A DNA stretch of 64,000 nucleotides, taken from contig JBCBZJ010000011.1 of NCBI GenBank assembly GCA_039815375.1, forward strand, positions 1-64,000, given 5' to 3'. Below the pieces are notes generated by a model that was given only the letters and a program-made list of their open reading frames with translations, was not told where the DNA came from and ran no database searches. Source of the DNA: Verrucomicrobiota bacterium. Lineage in GTDB: Bacteria > Verrucomicrobiota > Verrucomicrobiia > Opitutales > Coraliomargaritaceae. The translations under genes were made by a program, and so were the position numbers. Shown one piece after another: positions 18,432 to 26,707 of this stretch; position 1 is the stretch's first letter, and each line of letters starts with the position of its first letter.

Positions 18432-21400
18432 ATGAGAAATTGTCCGCACCTTAGAGCAAACGAAAGCCTGCAAAAGACCATCAGGGTCGCCACCTGGTTG
18501 TGCATCTTCTTCTTCCCCATAAATTCTTGGGCAATGGATAAATGGAATGTCCCAGAGGCCCATCTACGGATAGAAGCAAAGGCTAAACTTGAGAATGATC
18601 AGGATTACAAGGAACTGGAGGCCTACTACTCGTTCCTTAAATCCTGTGAATCCGCGAATCTGCAAGTTGCGCTTAGCGGCGTCGATCCCACCCAGGTGCA
18701 TGTTCGCTGCTTTACACCGGGTGGTAAGGAATTACAAAGCGGTGTCCTCTTCGCCGCGCCCGGTGAACCATTGAGTGTCGTTTTTGATATTCAACCGCTT
18801 AACGCGAACGCGCCAGAGCTTGAAAAGCCGGGCGAACGGAGAATTTCCGGTAATGAAGCCAGAAAACGAGTCGACATGGCTCGCAATGCGATCGAGCACT
18901 ACGATGTAATAATTTATGTATTAAAAGGAAGAGACCCATCGCCGGAGAGCTGGCTTCCGGAATCAGGTATCATTTGGGAAACCAGAAACTTTGAAAAAGC
19001 CAACTGGAGGTTCACCAACCTCGCTCAATTTAGACAACTATGGAATTCATCCCAAGGGAGCCTTGCCGGGCGCACCCTGGTCAATACACTTCAACATGGT
19101 TCACATTTCCATCGACCGCTCAATCCCGAGACCAAACGCTATTTAGGGAATGAGGGATCACCCATGGCACTCCACAAAGCAACCGCTTACATTAATGTTC
19201 CCGAACCGACAGAGAAGATTAAGCAACGAGTCAGGGATGAACTCTCACTACTTTCGGAGAGATTTAATGAGAATAATAACAGGCTGTCCGAGCTTCGACG
19301 ACAACTTCGCGAGGCAGAAAAAATCCAGCCTAAAAGGCAACGGGACGTTCGTAAAAGAGATCTGCAAAACAAATTGAGTGCAGCAGAAAAGGATCTCGCC
19401 GTCCTTGGTGCCAAAATCAGGCCCTTGCAGTATATGGTCGAAACCGATGAGTACAATGCCTACGAGTTCCAGATAGGGTCGAAGGGCCTATCAATACTAA
19501 ACGTTGATAGCAAAGAGGTGGTCACATGGCGCGATATCTACCCTCCGGAGAAACTAGACAGTAACGTCTACCAAGGCCTGGCACGTGGCGGCGTCGCAAA
19601 TCTAAGACCTGGCAAGCACAAGCTGGAATACCATGCAGTCAGCTATAACAATCAATTGCTGACTGTCGTCGGTTGGAAACCGCCTGCTGCAAAACAACTC
19701 TATGCTTTGAAGGCCTCTCAAGACAATCAGGTGATTGCAGGCTGTGCAGACTTTACTGCACGCCAAATCGAGCAAAGAGACGCAAAGCAAGGCCTGAGTG
19801 CCTTTGACTGGAGTGTCGAGGGCGACACTCGAATGGAGTCAGCCGACGATTTGATACTCATGAGCTTCCGTTCTGTCGGGCAGGAAATAGACGGGGCAAG
19901 CTACCAGTGGTCCTTCGATGATGGACAGCAGGCCACTGGACGTGATGTGACTCATGTGTGGATGATGCCCGGCATGCGCCAAGTTACCCTGCAGGTCATG
20001 AAAGAGGGCCAGGTAATCGCTGATCGAGAAGAGATTGTTCATGTGCACCAGGATTGGGGCTCATCCACACTTGTCCCGCTCGATGTGTTCCATGCGCACC
20101 TTATGCAAATGGAGCCCATACGCTACTCGCTGGAGGAATTGATCCATGCTTTGCGTTTTTTGGAAGCTGCCGACCCGGATGGCGTCAGACTCACGGAACT
20201 TCACCGCCATCTTCACAAAGGCTTCAGTGCAAAAACTGATGAGATTGGGCCCGAGCATATCGACAAAATGATGATACTGGTGCGGCGACTCATGATGCCT
20301 CGGTTTAACAATACTGCGCTTTGCAGTACATTACTGGAGCACCTAACGTCCATGATGCCCGAACGGCACCGACACCTATCCGAATGCCTCCACCTTTGGG
20401 CAGATATCGCGATTCGCATGCAGCATGAACCGGCGAAAGGAATTGCAATTTTAGAATCACACAAAGGAGCATGGCGCGAGAAATACATCATTCCCAATCT
20501 CCTGCTTCGCTATGAAGCCGCACTGATCGAGGAACGTCTCGACGATATTGATGCGCTGCAGGCAGAGATTTTTAAAACCTCCGAATTAACGCGCCGCACA
20601 CGCAACCTCGCGGAAAACCCCTTGTTTGAAGATCTTGATTCCGACGGGCGCCCTTTCGGCGTCAGCTTGCAGGGCATACGAGGCCGGAGAAGAGCTCTCG
20701 CGGACAGAAGCACAAAGCAGAGTGGAACGCAGTCTCTCCGCGTCGACTTTAGCTCTGGCAGTGGAGGCCCCGTGTTGCTGAGCGACACCTATTCCGGAAT
20801 CAAGTATAAAGCCAAATTCTGGATGAAAACCGAGCTGACCGGCTTCAAAAACGATGTCGAGATCATGGCCGGTGGTGAAACGGCTCATAAAGTTCCACTA
20901 CAGAGCCCTTGGACACCATACGTCGTGAGTTTCAAACAACAATCCGGGCAAGCCCCGATTTATATTCAGGCAGGTCACAGATACAGCATTGGCAATGGCA
21001 GTATCTGGATCGACAACCTCGAGATCTACTTGGACGGTGATCCTCAAAAAGCTCGCTATATCGCAAGCACACAGCACGCAGCCAACCTTCGCCGAATCCA
21101 CAGCATGCTGAAGGATCCCGAGAACGAAGATCAAATCCTCCATGTCCAAAGCATGATCGAGGATACTCTCAAGCGCCGCCCTAGTATCTATCTGGAACCA
21201 AGATTCTACCTCCTCAAAATAGATATGCTTTTGAAGCTCAAAGCCTACGAGCAAGCACTGGCCATGATCGAACCCAGACTTCAGCTCCCCATGTCGGATC
21301 TTGATCGCCAACGTCTTTATCAGGCCCATGTAACCGCATTGACCGGCGAGGTCGAACTGACTCGTGCACGAGCCTCCCTGAAAAAGTTCAAGGAACGTTA

Positions 21401-21899
21401 TCCACACAGCCCCTACCTCCCACTTGCGACTGAGACCCTACGCAAAAACACCTACCTCTTTGCGGAAGGGAACGACGATTGGACCATTGTCGACAGCACC
21501 GCGACGCACAATGTGGAAACGGTTGACAGACGTATCGAACCGTTTGTCAGTAACCGCATTCTACTAAAATTAATCGGGAAAAGAAACTCCTACAACGATC
21601 TCGAGGAAATAAATATCCCCGAAATCGTATTATATTCAGGAGACACACAAATACCTCTCACCACCGACCGCATTAAAATTCACTCGGACACAGACCGTCC
21701 AATCCGAAATGTGAAATATGGGATCGACAAACTAATCGATGGTAAAGATTGGACACATTGCACCCTATCAGGAAGGCAACTCGCCATCGAAATCGGCGTA
21801 TCGTCCAATCTGCAGATTGATCGTTGGCAAGTATTCAACACCGGTAAAAAAAATCGCCTTCAATCAGTTACGCTTCTCCGAAAACCAGAGTTAAATTGA
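18432..21899 (+). CDS. Large secreted multidomain protein (PA14-like, coiled coil, PKD, helical/TPR-like, CBM4/9-like, C-terminal discoidin-like)
   Basis: Signal peptide; PKD motif YQWSFDDGQQATGRDVTHVWMMPGMRQVTLQV; CBM4/9-like NLAENPLFE...SGTQSLR...GSIWIDNLEI; TPR-like ERYPHSPY. Confidence 0.72.
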   Translation: MRNCPHLRANESLQKTIRVATWLCIFFFPINSWAMDKWNVPEAHLRIEAKAKLENDQDYKELEAYYSFLKSCESANLQVALSGVDPTQVHVRCFTPGGKELQSGVLFAAPGEPLSVVFDIQPLNANAPELEKPGERRISGNEARKRVDMARNAIEHYDVIIYVLKGRDPSPESWLPESGIIWETRNFEKANWRFTNLAQFRQLWNSSQGSLAGRTLVNTLQHGSHFHRPLNPETKRYLGNEGSPMALHKATAYINVPEPTEKIKQRVRDELSLLSERFNENNNRLSELRRQLREAEKIQPKRQRDVRKRDLQNKLSAAEKDLAVLGAKIRPLQYMVETDEYNAYEFQIGSKGLSILNVDSKEVVTWRDIYPPEKLDSNVYQGLARGGVANLRPGKHKLEYHAVSYNNQLLTVVGWKPPAAKQLYALKASQDNQVIAGCADFTARQIEQRDAKQGLSAFDWSVEGDTRMESADDLILMSFRSVGQEIDGASYQWSFDDGQQATGRDVTHVWMMPGMRQVTLQVMKEGQVIADREEIVHVHQDWGSSTLVPLDVFHAHLMQMEPIRYSLEELIHALRFLEAADPDGVRLTELHRHLHKGFSAKTDEIGPEHIDKMMILVRRLMMPRFNNTALCSTLLEHLTSMMPERHRHLSECLHLWADIAIRMQHEPAKGIAILESHKGAWREKYIIPNLLLRYEAALIEERLDDIDALQAEIFKTSELTRRTRNLAENPLFEDLDSDGRPFGVSLQGIRGRRRALADRSTKQSGTQSLRVDFSSGSGGPVLLSDTYSGIKYKAKFWMKTELTGFKNDVEIMAGGETAHKVPLQSPWTPYVVSFKQQSGQAPIYIQAGHRYSIGNGSIWIDNLEIYLDGDPQKARYIASTQHAANLRRIHSMLKDPENEDQILHVQSMIEDTLKRRPSIYLEPRFYLLKIDMLLKLKAYEQALAMIEPRLQLPMSDLDRQRLYQAHVTALTGEVELTRARASLKKFKERYPHSPYLPLATETLRKNTYLFAEGNDDWTIVDSTATHNVETVDRRIEPFVSNRILLKLIGKRNSYNDLEEINIPEIVLYSGDTQIPLTTDRIKIHSDTDRPIRNVKYGIDKLIDGKDWTHCTLSGRQLAIEIGVSSNLQIDRWQVFNTGKKNRLQSVTLLRKPELN

Positions 21900-22287
21900 A
21901 CATCCCCCTCTGGACGTCGCGTATTCAGGTCCATGATGAAAACCACAATTCTCAATGCACACCTAGTAAACATGCTCTCCATTCGCCACTGTCAGGAGTA
22001 GGAAACAAGGTAATAATTTTTCATCGTTAGCCTGAAAAAATCGTTGGTTAACTTCTGTTAGAAATTAACCAGTTGAGAAGCTGCGCTCTAATTTAGAAAA
22101 TTTTTGATCATAACACTATATGGTCAAAAGATTTTGATAATTCTTTCGGAGAATCTAAATCCGGGCTTACGGAGTGCCTGTATTCTGCAAATCAACTTAG
22201 CCTTCAGAACAAGAAGAAGCCACTCAGTTAAGGTTCGTTAATGGAATCAGTTAACTGATCTTCACGATCATTAAAGCCAACGTGCTG

Positions 22288-22333
22288 TCGGCAATTTTGC
22301 CGAATTGACGAAAAAAATTCTGAATAGTATGAT
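22288..22333 (+). promoter_or_regulatory. Palindromic operator plus sigma70-like promoter
   Basis: TCGGCAATTTTGCCGA (22288-22303), A, TTGACG, 17 bp, TATGAT. Confidence 0.82.
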
Positions 22334-22402
22334 TAAACTTAGTTTTAGGTAGTATTTACTAAAGCAAATTCCCTAACAACTGATTAACCCAACCCAAAAA
22401 TC

Positions 22403-23146
22403 ATGAAATTAATACTCCAAAGTGCTCTATGTATAGTTGGCATTGCCAGCGCTGCATCGCTAAACGCGGCAACCTTATCAGCCACACTAGTAGAGCAGAC
22501 CGATACAAATGTAAATCTAACCACGCAAGGTGAACTCGATTGGGTCATCTGGGATGGTTGGAGTGGCTTCACAGGCACCCTTGAGGATGAAAAATTCGGC
22601 GGCTCTGCTATCAGCGATCTAGTTTTCACTGATACGACGGGCGGCACTGACATTGGAACGCTCAATAGTAATGTCGTAAACCATAGCTTCGATTTTACCG
22701 ACGGAACCAATTCACCTTCAGCCACAGGAGTAAATACGGCCGCTCATCATTTTAATGGAAGGGCTAATTGGAGTGGTAATTTCACCGAATTCACAGTAAC
22801 CACGGAAGGTAGGTTTGAACACACCTTGTATCTGTATGGTTTCTCCGCAAGAATGGACCCCCTCATCACAGCCAGCTTGAATGGTGCCGTTGATGAAGTA
22901 GCTACAATCGATTTCGGCGGTGATACCGGTGCACAAGATCTTGTCTACACCATATCCTTCACGCCCGACACACCTGGGGATGCCTTGACGATTCGGACCG
23001 AGTTTGGCGGCCGTGCAGGCGGATCAAACGACTTCCTCGCCTTTCGCTGGGGAGCTGCTGCCGTGACTGCAGTCCCCGAGCCTTCAAGCTACGCACTTTT
23101 GGCAGGCATTTTTGGGCTTTTCTCAATTATTCTTCGCCGCCGTTGA
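22403..23146 (+). CDS. PEP-CTERM sorting domain surface protein
   Basis: Signal peptide, Thr/Gly/Asp-rich body, C-terminal VPEPSSYALLAGIFGLFSIILRRR. Confidence 0.93.
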   Translation: MKLILQSALCIVGIASAASLNAATLSATLVEQTDTNVNLTTQGELDWVIWDGWSGFTGTLEDEKFGGSAISDLVFTDTTGGTDIGTLNSNVVNHSFDFTDGTNSPSATGVNTAAHHFNGRANWSGNFTEFTVTTEGRFEHTLYLYGFSARMDPLITASLNGAVDEVATIDFGGDTGAQDLVYTISFTPDTPGDALTIRTEFGGRAGGSNDFLAFRWGAAAVTAVPEPSSYALLAGIFGLFSIILRRR

Positions 23147-23211
23147 TCAGGTATCGATTATTAGTGCAAAAATTTTATACAAGTCCGGCATATATTGTGC
23201 CGGGCTTTTTT
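23072..23211 (+). repeat. Copy 1 of a ~140-bp direct repeat (PEP-CTERM tail + 3'UTR + terminator)
   Basis: GAGCCTTCAAGCTACGCACTTTT(g/a)GCAGGCATTTTTGGG...TGATCA...CAAAAATTTT...CCGGCATA...TGTGCCGGGC is shared with 24132-24275. Confidence 0.88.
23181..23211 (+). terminator. Rho-independent terminator
   Basis: AAGTCCGGCATA-TAT-TGTGCCGGGCTT followed by a T run. Confidence 0.85.
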
Positions 23212-23339
23212 GTGTTTTTCATCGTGAACAGCACGGCGGATTTAACGACACAATTGCATTCTTACTTAGATCTAATCGTTTCTTAATTCGCAATCTTCCC
23301 CCTTGCCCGTCATTCACGATTCAAAATCAGAAAACCGTA

Positions 23340-23385
23340 TCGGTAATTTTACCGAATTGACAGAAAACCAACCAGATATTATAAC
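23340..23385 (+). promoter_or_regulatory. Palindromic operator plus sigma70-like promoter
   Basis: TCGGTAATTTTACCGA (23340-23355), A, TTGACA, 17 bp, TATAAC. Confidence 0.82.
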
Positions 23386-23462
23386 ATATTTTTCATAATA
23401 TGAATTTATAGATGCTCACATTTATTTATCACTTCTAGTAAAAAATGCCTTATTACCTAGCT

Positions 23463-24206
23463 ATGAAAACAGTCAAAACCATCTCGATTCTGCTGGCAGC
23501 CTGCTCAATGACTGGTTCAGCGTATGCCCAAACAACAATTCTAGTCGACTTTGATGATGGCACCTCGGGCGGCGGCCATGATGCCACCATCCGCGACGGA
23601 GATTTCGGCAATAGCTCAAATAATAATGATATTCCAGCGAATACCACCTGGGAAATGATCAACCCACTCGCGACAACCGTTCCCAACGGCCAATTGAGGA
23701 CCAATAACAACTCTGGGATCGGTACTGACACGAATGCCATTATCGGATGGCAGAACCAACCCTCCTCCAATCCGTGGCTTTTCGGACAAGACACCGGTTG
23801 GATTCTCGCAGCAGGCGATACTTTCGAAGTGAGTTATATGATGCGTGCAGCAGCCAATTGGGGCAGTTCCGATACGGTTGACTTCCAACTCTTTTATACT
23901 GATGACAACACACTGAATGGTGCACGCACCAATGTTTACACACTCACCAGCACGGGAGCCACAACAAGCTATCAGACATTCTCATCCGGTGGATTCGTCG
24001 CGGGGCAGAATTTAGGTGGACTGACAATCGTCGATGGCAAAAATCTTTTCGTCGGCGTCACCGGCTATAGCGTCGATGTGGCCCAGAATGAGTTTGGCCG
24101 ATTTGATAATGTTTACGTTGCTGCCACCGCTGTTCCTGAGCCTTCAAGCTACGCACTTTTAGCAGGCATTTTTGGGTTTTTCTCAATCTGCCTCCGCCGT
24201 CGCTGA
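23463..24206 (+). CDS. PEP-CTERM sorting domain surface protein (start 23463 or 23445)
   Basis: MKTVKTISILLAAC...AYAQ signal peptide, CBM-like body (IRDGDFG...FDNVYV), VPEPSSYALLAGIFGFFSICLRRR. Confidence 0.93.
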   Translation: MKTVKTISILLAACSMTGSAYAQTTILVDFDDGTSGGGHDATIRDGDFGNSSNNNDIPANTTWEMINPLATTVPNGQLRTNNNSGIGTDTNAIIGWQNQPSSNPWLFGQDTGWILAAGDTFEVSYMMRAAANWGSSDTVDFQLFYTDDNTLNGARTNVYTLTSTGATTSYQTFSSGGFVAGQNLGGLTIVDGKNLFVGVTGYSVDVAQNEFGRFDNVYVAATAVPEPSSYALLAGIFGFFSICLRRR

Positions 24207-24275
24207 TCAAATTTAAATTATCCGCACAAAAATTTTCTATAATGGGCCCGGCATAGACATGTGCCGGGCCTTTTT
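24132..24275 (+). repeat. Copy 2 of the PEP-CTERM tail/terminator direct repeat
   Basis: Aligns with 23072-23211. Confidence 0.88.
24245..24275 (+). terminator. Rho-independent terminator
   Basis: GGCCCGGCATA-GACA-TGTGCCGGGCC-TTTTT. Confidence 0.85.
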
Positions 24276-24480
24276 CTTGGTCTATCGCCATATGCAAAGA
24301 TCAAATCAAGATCAATCTACTAGATTCAGGTAATCAGTATCTAAGCCGATAGAAGAGCACCTCTTCGAGTTCGAGCGAGATTTATCTCAGAGTCGAAGAC
24401 CGACATAGCACGAATGCTCCAAACCTTAGTAACATATCTATGTTTGTAGCTATAAGATCTATTCTGCTAGGTAAAAGAAA

Positions 24481-24939
24481 ATGGGAGAAAGAAATAAAGC
24501 TATCTATTCAGGTAACACTCTAGCAAGTGGTGTTTTCTCGGCTTTGGTAGTGATGCTCCTGCTTTCGATAAAAGAAATCGATCAGACTCTAGCCGTAACT
24601 GCATTCTTCATCGTCTATGCAATCCACTTCATCTTTGTAGCCCTCTTTGCTCACTGGTATCTTTCTATTCCGAGATATCGGCATTTTGTAAAGAGAATGA
24701 ATATAAGAGGATACTTCATGCTGCCTTTTGGGCTGATTCTCAGCATACCATTCTTCGCGGCCATAATCCTATACGTGAATGAATGGAAAGCAGATCAGCC
24801 TATTGTCCGATATGGAGTTATCGCAGCATTATTGGGTATAATGATACCGGTTCTGACAATACTGGACAGATTTGGACTATCAGAAAAACAAGACCGAAGC
24901 AGACGACAGAGGCAACGGCATAGCCGCGCCTCCTCTTGA
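24481..24939 (+). CDS. Hypothetical 4-TM membrane protein
   Basis: 152-aa ORF with four hydrophobic helices and an Arg-rich tail; visibly more AT-rich than its neighbours. Confidence 0.65.
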   Translation: MGERNKAIYSGNTLASGVFSALVVMLLLSIKEIDQTLAVTAFFIVYAIHFIFVALFAHWYLSIPRYRHFVKRMNIRGYFMLPFGLILSIPFFAAIILYVNEWKADQPIVRYGVIAALLGIMIPVLTILDRFGLSEKQDRSRRQRQRHSRASS

Positions 24940-25023
24940 TGTTAGATTGTAATCATGTGAGCTGGCTAAAGCTTATACATATCGAATGCTCTCTGATAGT
25001 ATGGCAGCAGAGAAATCGGCTGG

Positions 25024-25069
25024 TCGGTAAAATGACCGAATTGACGCATCACTCCAAATCTTCTACAGC
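25024..25069 (+). promoter_or_regulatory. Palindromic operator plus sigma70-like promoter
   Basis: TCGGTAAAATGACCGA (25024-25039), A, TTGACG, 17 bp, TACAGC (weak -10). Confidence 0.75.
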
Positions 25070-25188
25070 TTACAAGTTACTCAAAATCAGAAATGCCCTT
25101 CTCTTCTTTGTCCTGATGCCCTCAAAAAGTATTTTTTCTTTTGCCGACGCCAGTTGACGTAGGAATCAATTTCATTGTTATCCAAATC

Positions 25189-26628
25189 ATGAATAAACAC
25201 CTTCATCTTATAACGACTTTAGCTTTGTTGGTATTGGCTCCATCCAGCAACGGCTTGCATGCAGCCTCGGCAAGCCAACCAAATGTCGTCGTCTTTCTAG
25301 TTGATGACTTCAGCGCTGGTGCTTTGTCCGCTTACGGAAGTGACCTGCACGAAACGCCGAACATCGACCAGCTCGCAGCCAGCGGTGCGGTTTTCTCTCA
25401 GGGCTATGCCGCCTGCACAGTCTGTTCGCCCAGTCGTGCCGCGCTATTAACCGGCAAGGCTCCAGCACGCACCAACCTAACCGACTGGATTCCCGGGCAC
25501 TCTAAGAGGGCCAATGGAAAAAAGCTTATAATCCCCGAGTGGACCAAATACATGAAGCACTCGGAAGTTACCTTGCCCGAGGCACTCAAGGAGCAGGGCT
25601 ACGCAACTGCTTTTGTCGGCAAATGGCACCTTATGCCGTTCGATTCGGACGTAAGACGGATTGCCCCTGAAAATTTGGAGGTTTTTGAACAGCACTACCC
25701 CGAAAACCACGGCTTCGATGTCAATATTGGCGGCCGCGAATGGGGACAGCCCAAAGGCAAAGGCAAATACTTCCACCCCTTGAATATGCTTAATATGGAA
25801 AGCAAACCGGGAGATTTTTTGACAGACCGCCTAACAGATTACGCCGTCGAATTCATTGAATCTCACAATGAAGAACCCTTTCTGCTCTATTTCTCCTACT
25901 ATACTGTGCATGGACCCTTTATGGGCAAACCGGAATTAGTTCAGAAATATAAGGCCAAACTAGCAACCGGTAAGTTTAAGCACACGGATGCCGTTTACGC
26001 GGCCATGGTGGAAAGTCTGGATGAAAGTGTAGGACGCGTGATGGCCAAACTAAAGGAAACGGGTGTGGCCGACAACACATTGGTCATATTCACCGGTGAC
26101 AATGGCTCGGCCAGGGGCATTTATGCTCAGACCGCTGGATTGAGGGAACTCAAGGGTTCTGCCTACGAAGGCGGCGTGCGGGAGCCTTTTTTCATCTCCG
26201 GGCTTGGCATCCAAGCCAATACGCAGATCGACACTCCGGTGATCAGTATGGACTTTTATCCCACGATACTTGATCTGATCGGTGCGCCGTTAAAACCTCA
26301 GCAGCATCAAGATGGTGTCAGTCTTAGACCATTACTCTATGGCAAGGGAGATATCGCGGAACGATCCCTGTTCTGGCATTACCCACACTACCACCGAACA
26401 GCACCCTACAGCGCCATCGTCAAAGACGACATGAAACTGGTCGAGTTTCTGGAACACGGTAAATTAGAACTTTATAATCTGAAGAACGATCTCGGTGAGG
26501 AGAAGAATCTGGCTTCGGTGATGCCGGAAAAAACAACGCAGATGCTTGCCGAACTCAACGCCTGGCGCAAAGACGTCGATGCACAGATGATGGAGATCAA
26601 CCCGAATTACAAAAAAAAGAAGAATTAA
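25189..26628 (+). CDS. Secreted S1 sulfatase (start revised to ATG 25189)
   Basis: QPNVVVFLVDD, CSPSRAALLTG, GKWHL, GDNG, YEGGVREP, LFWHYPHY, ELYNLKNDLGE. Confidence 0.96.
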   Translation: MNKHLHLITTLALLVLAPSSNGLHAASASQPNVVVFLVDDFSAGALSAYGSDLHETPNIDQLAASGAVFSQGYAACTVCSPSRAALLTGKAPARTNLTDWIPGHSKRANGKKLIIPEWTKYMKHSEVTLPEALKEQGYATAFVGKWHLMPFDSDVRRIAPENLEVFEQHYPENHGFDVNIGGREWGQPKGKGKYFHPLNMLNMESKPGDFLTDRLTDYAVEFIESHNEEPFLLYFSYYTVHGPFMGKPELVQKYKAKLATGKFKHTDAVYAAMVESLDESVGRVMAKLKETGVADNTLVIFTGDNGSARGIYAQTAGLRELKGSAYEGGVREPFFISGLGIQANTQIDTPVISMDFYPTILDLIGAPLKPQQHQDGVSLRPLLYGKGDIAERSLFWHYPHYHRTAPYSAIVKDDMKLVEFLEHGKLELYNLKNDLGEEKNLASVMPEKTTQMLAELNAWRKDVDAQMMEINPNYKKKKN

Positions 26629-26707
26629 AAAAACCTTACGGATAGACCCCACAAACTACCCCAACTGTAGTGTTGTTGCGCTAACGTGTTAACATTATAG
26701 AATTAAA

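Noticed and set aside
24936..25157. 73-aa ORF with TTG start
   Set aside because: It runs across the operator/promoter of the sulfatase and has no coding features.
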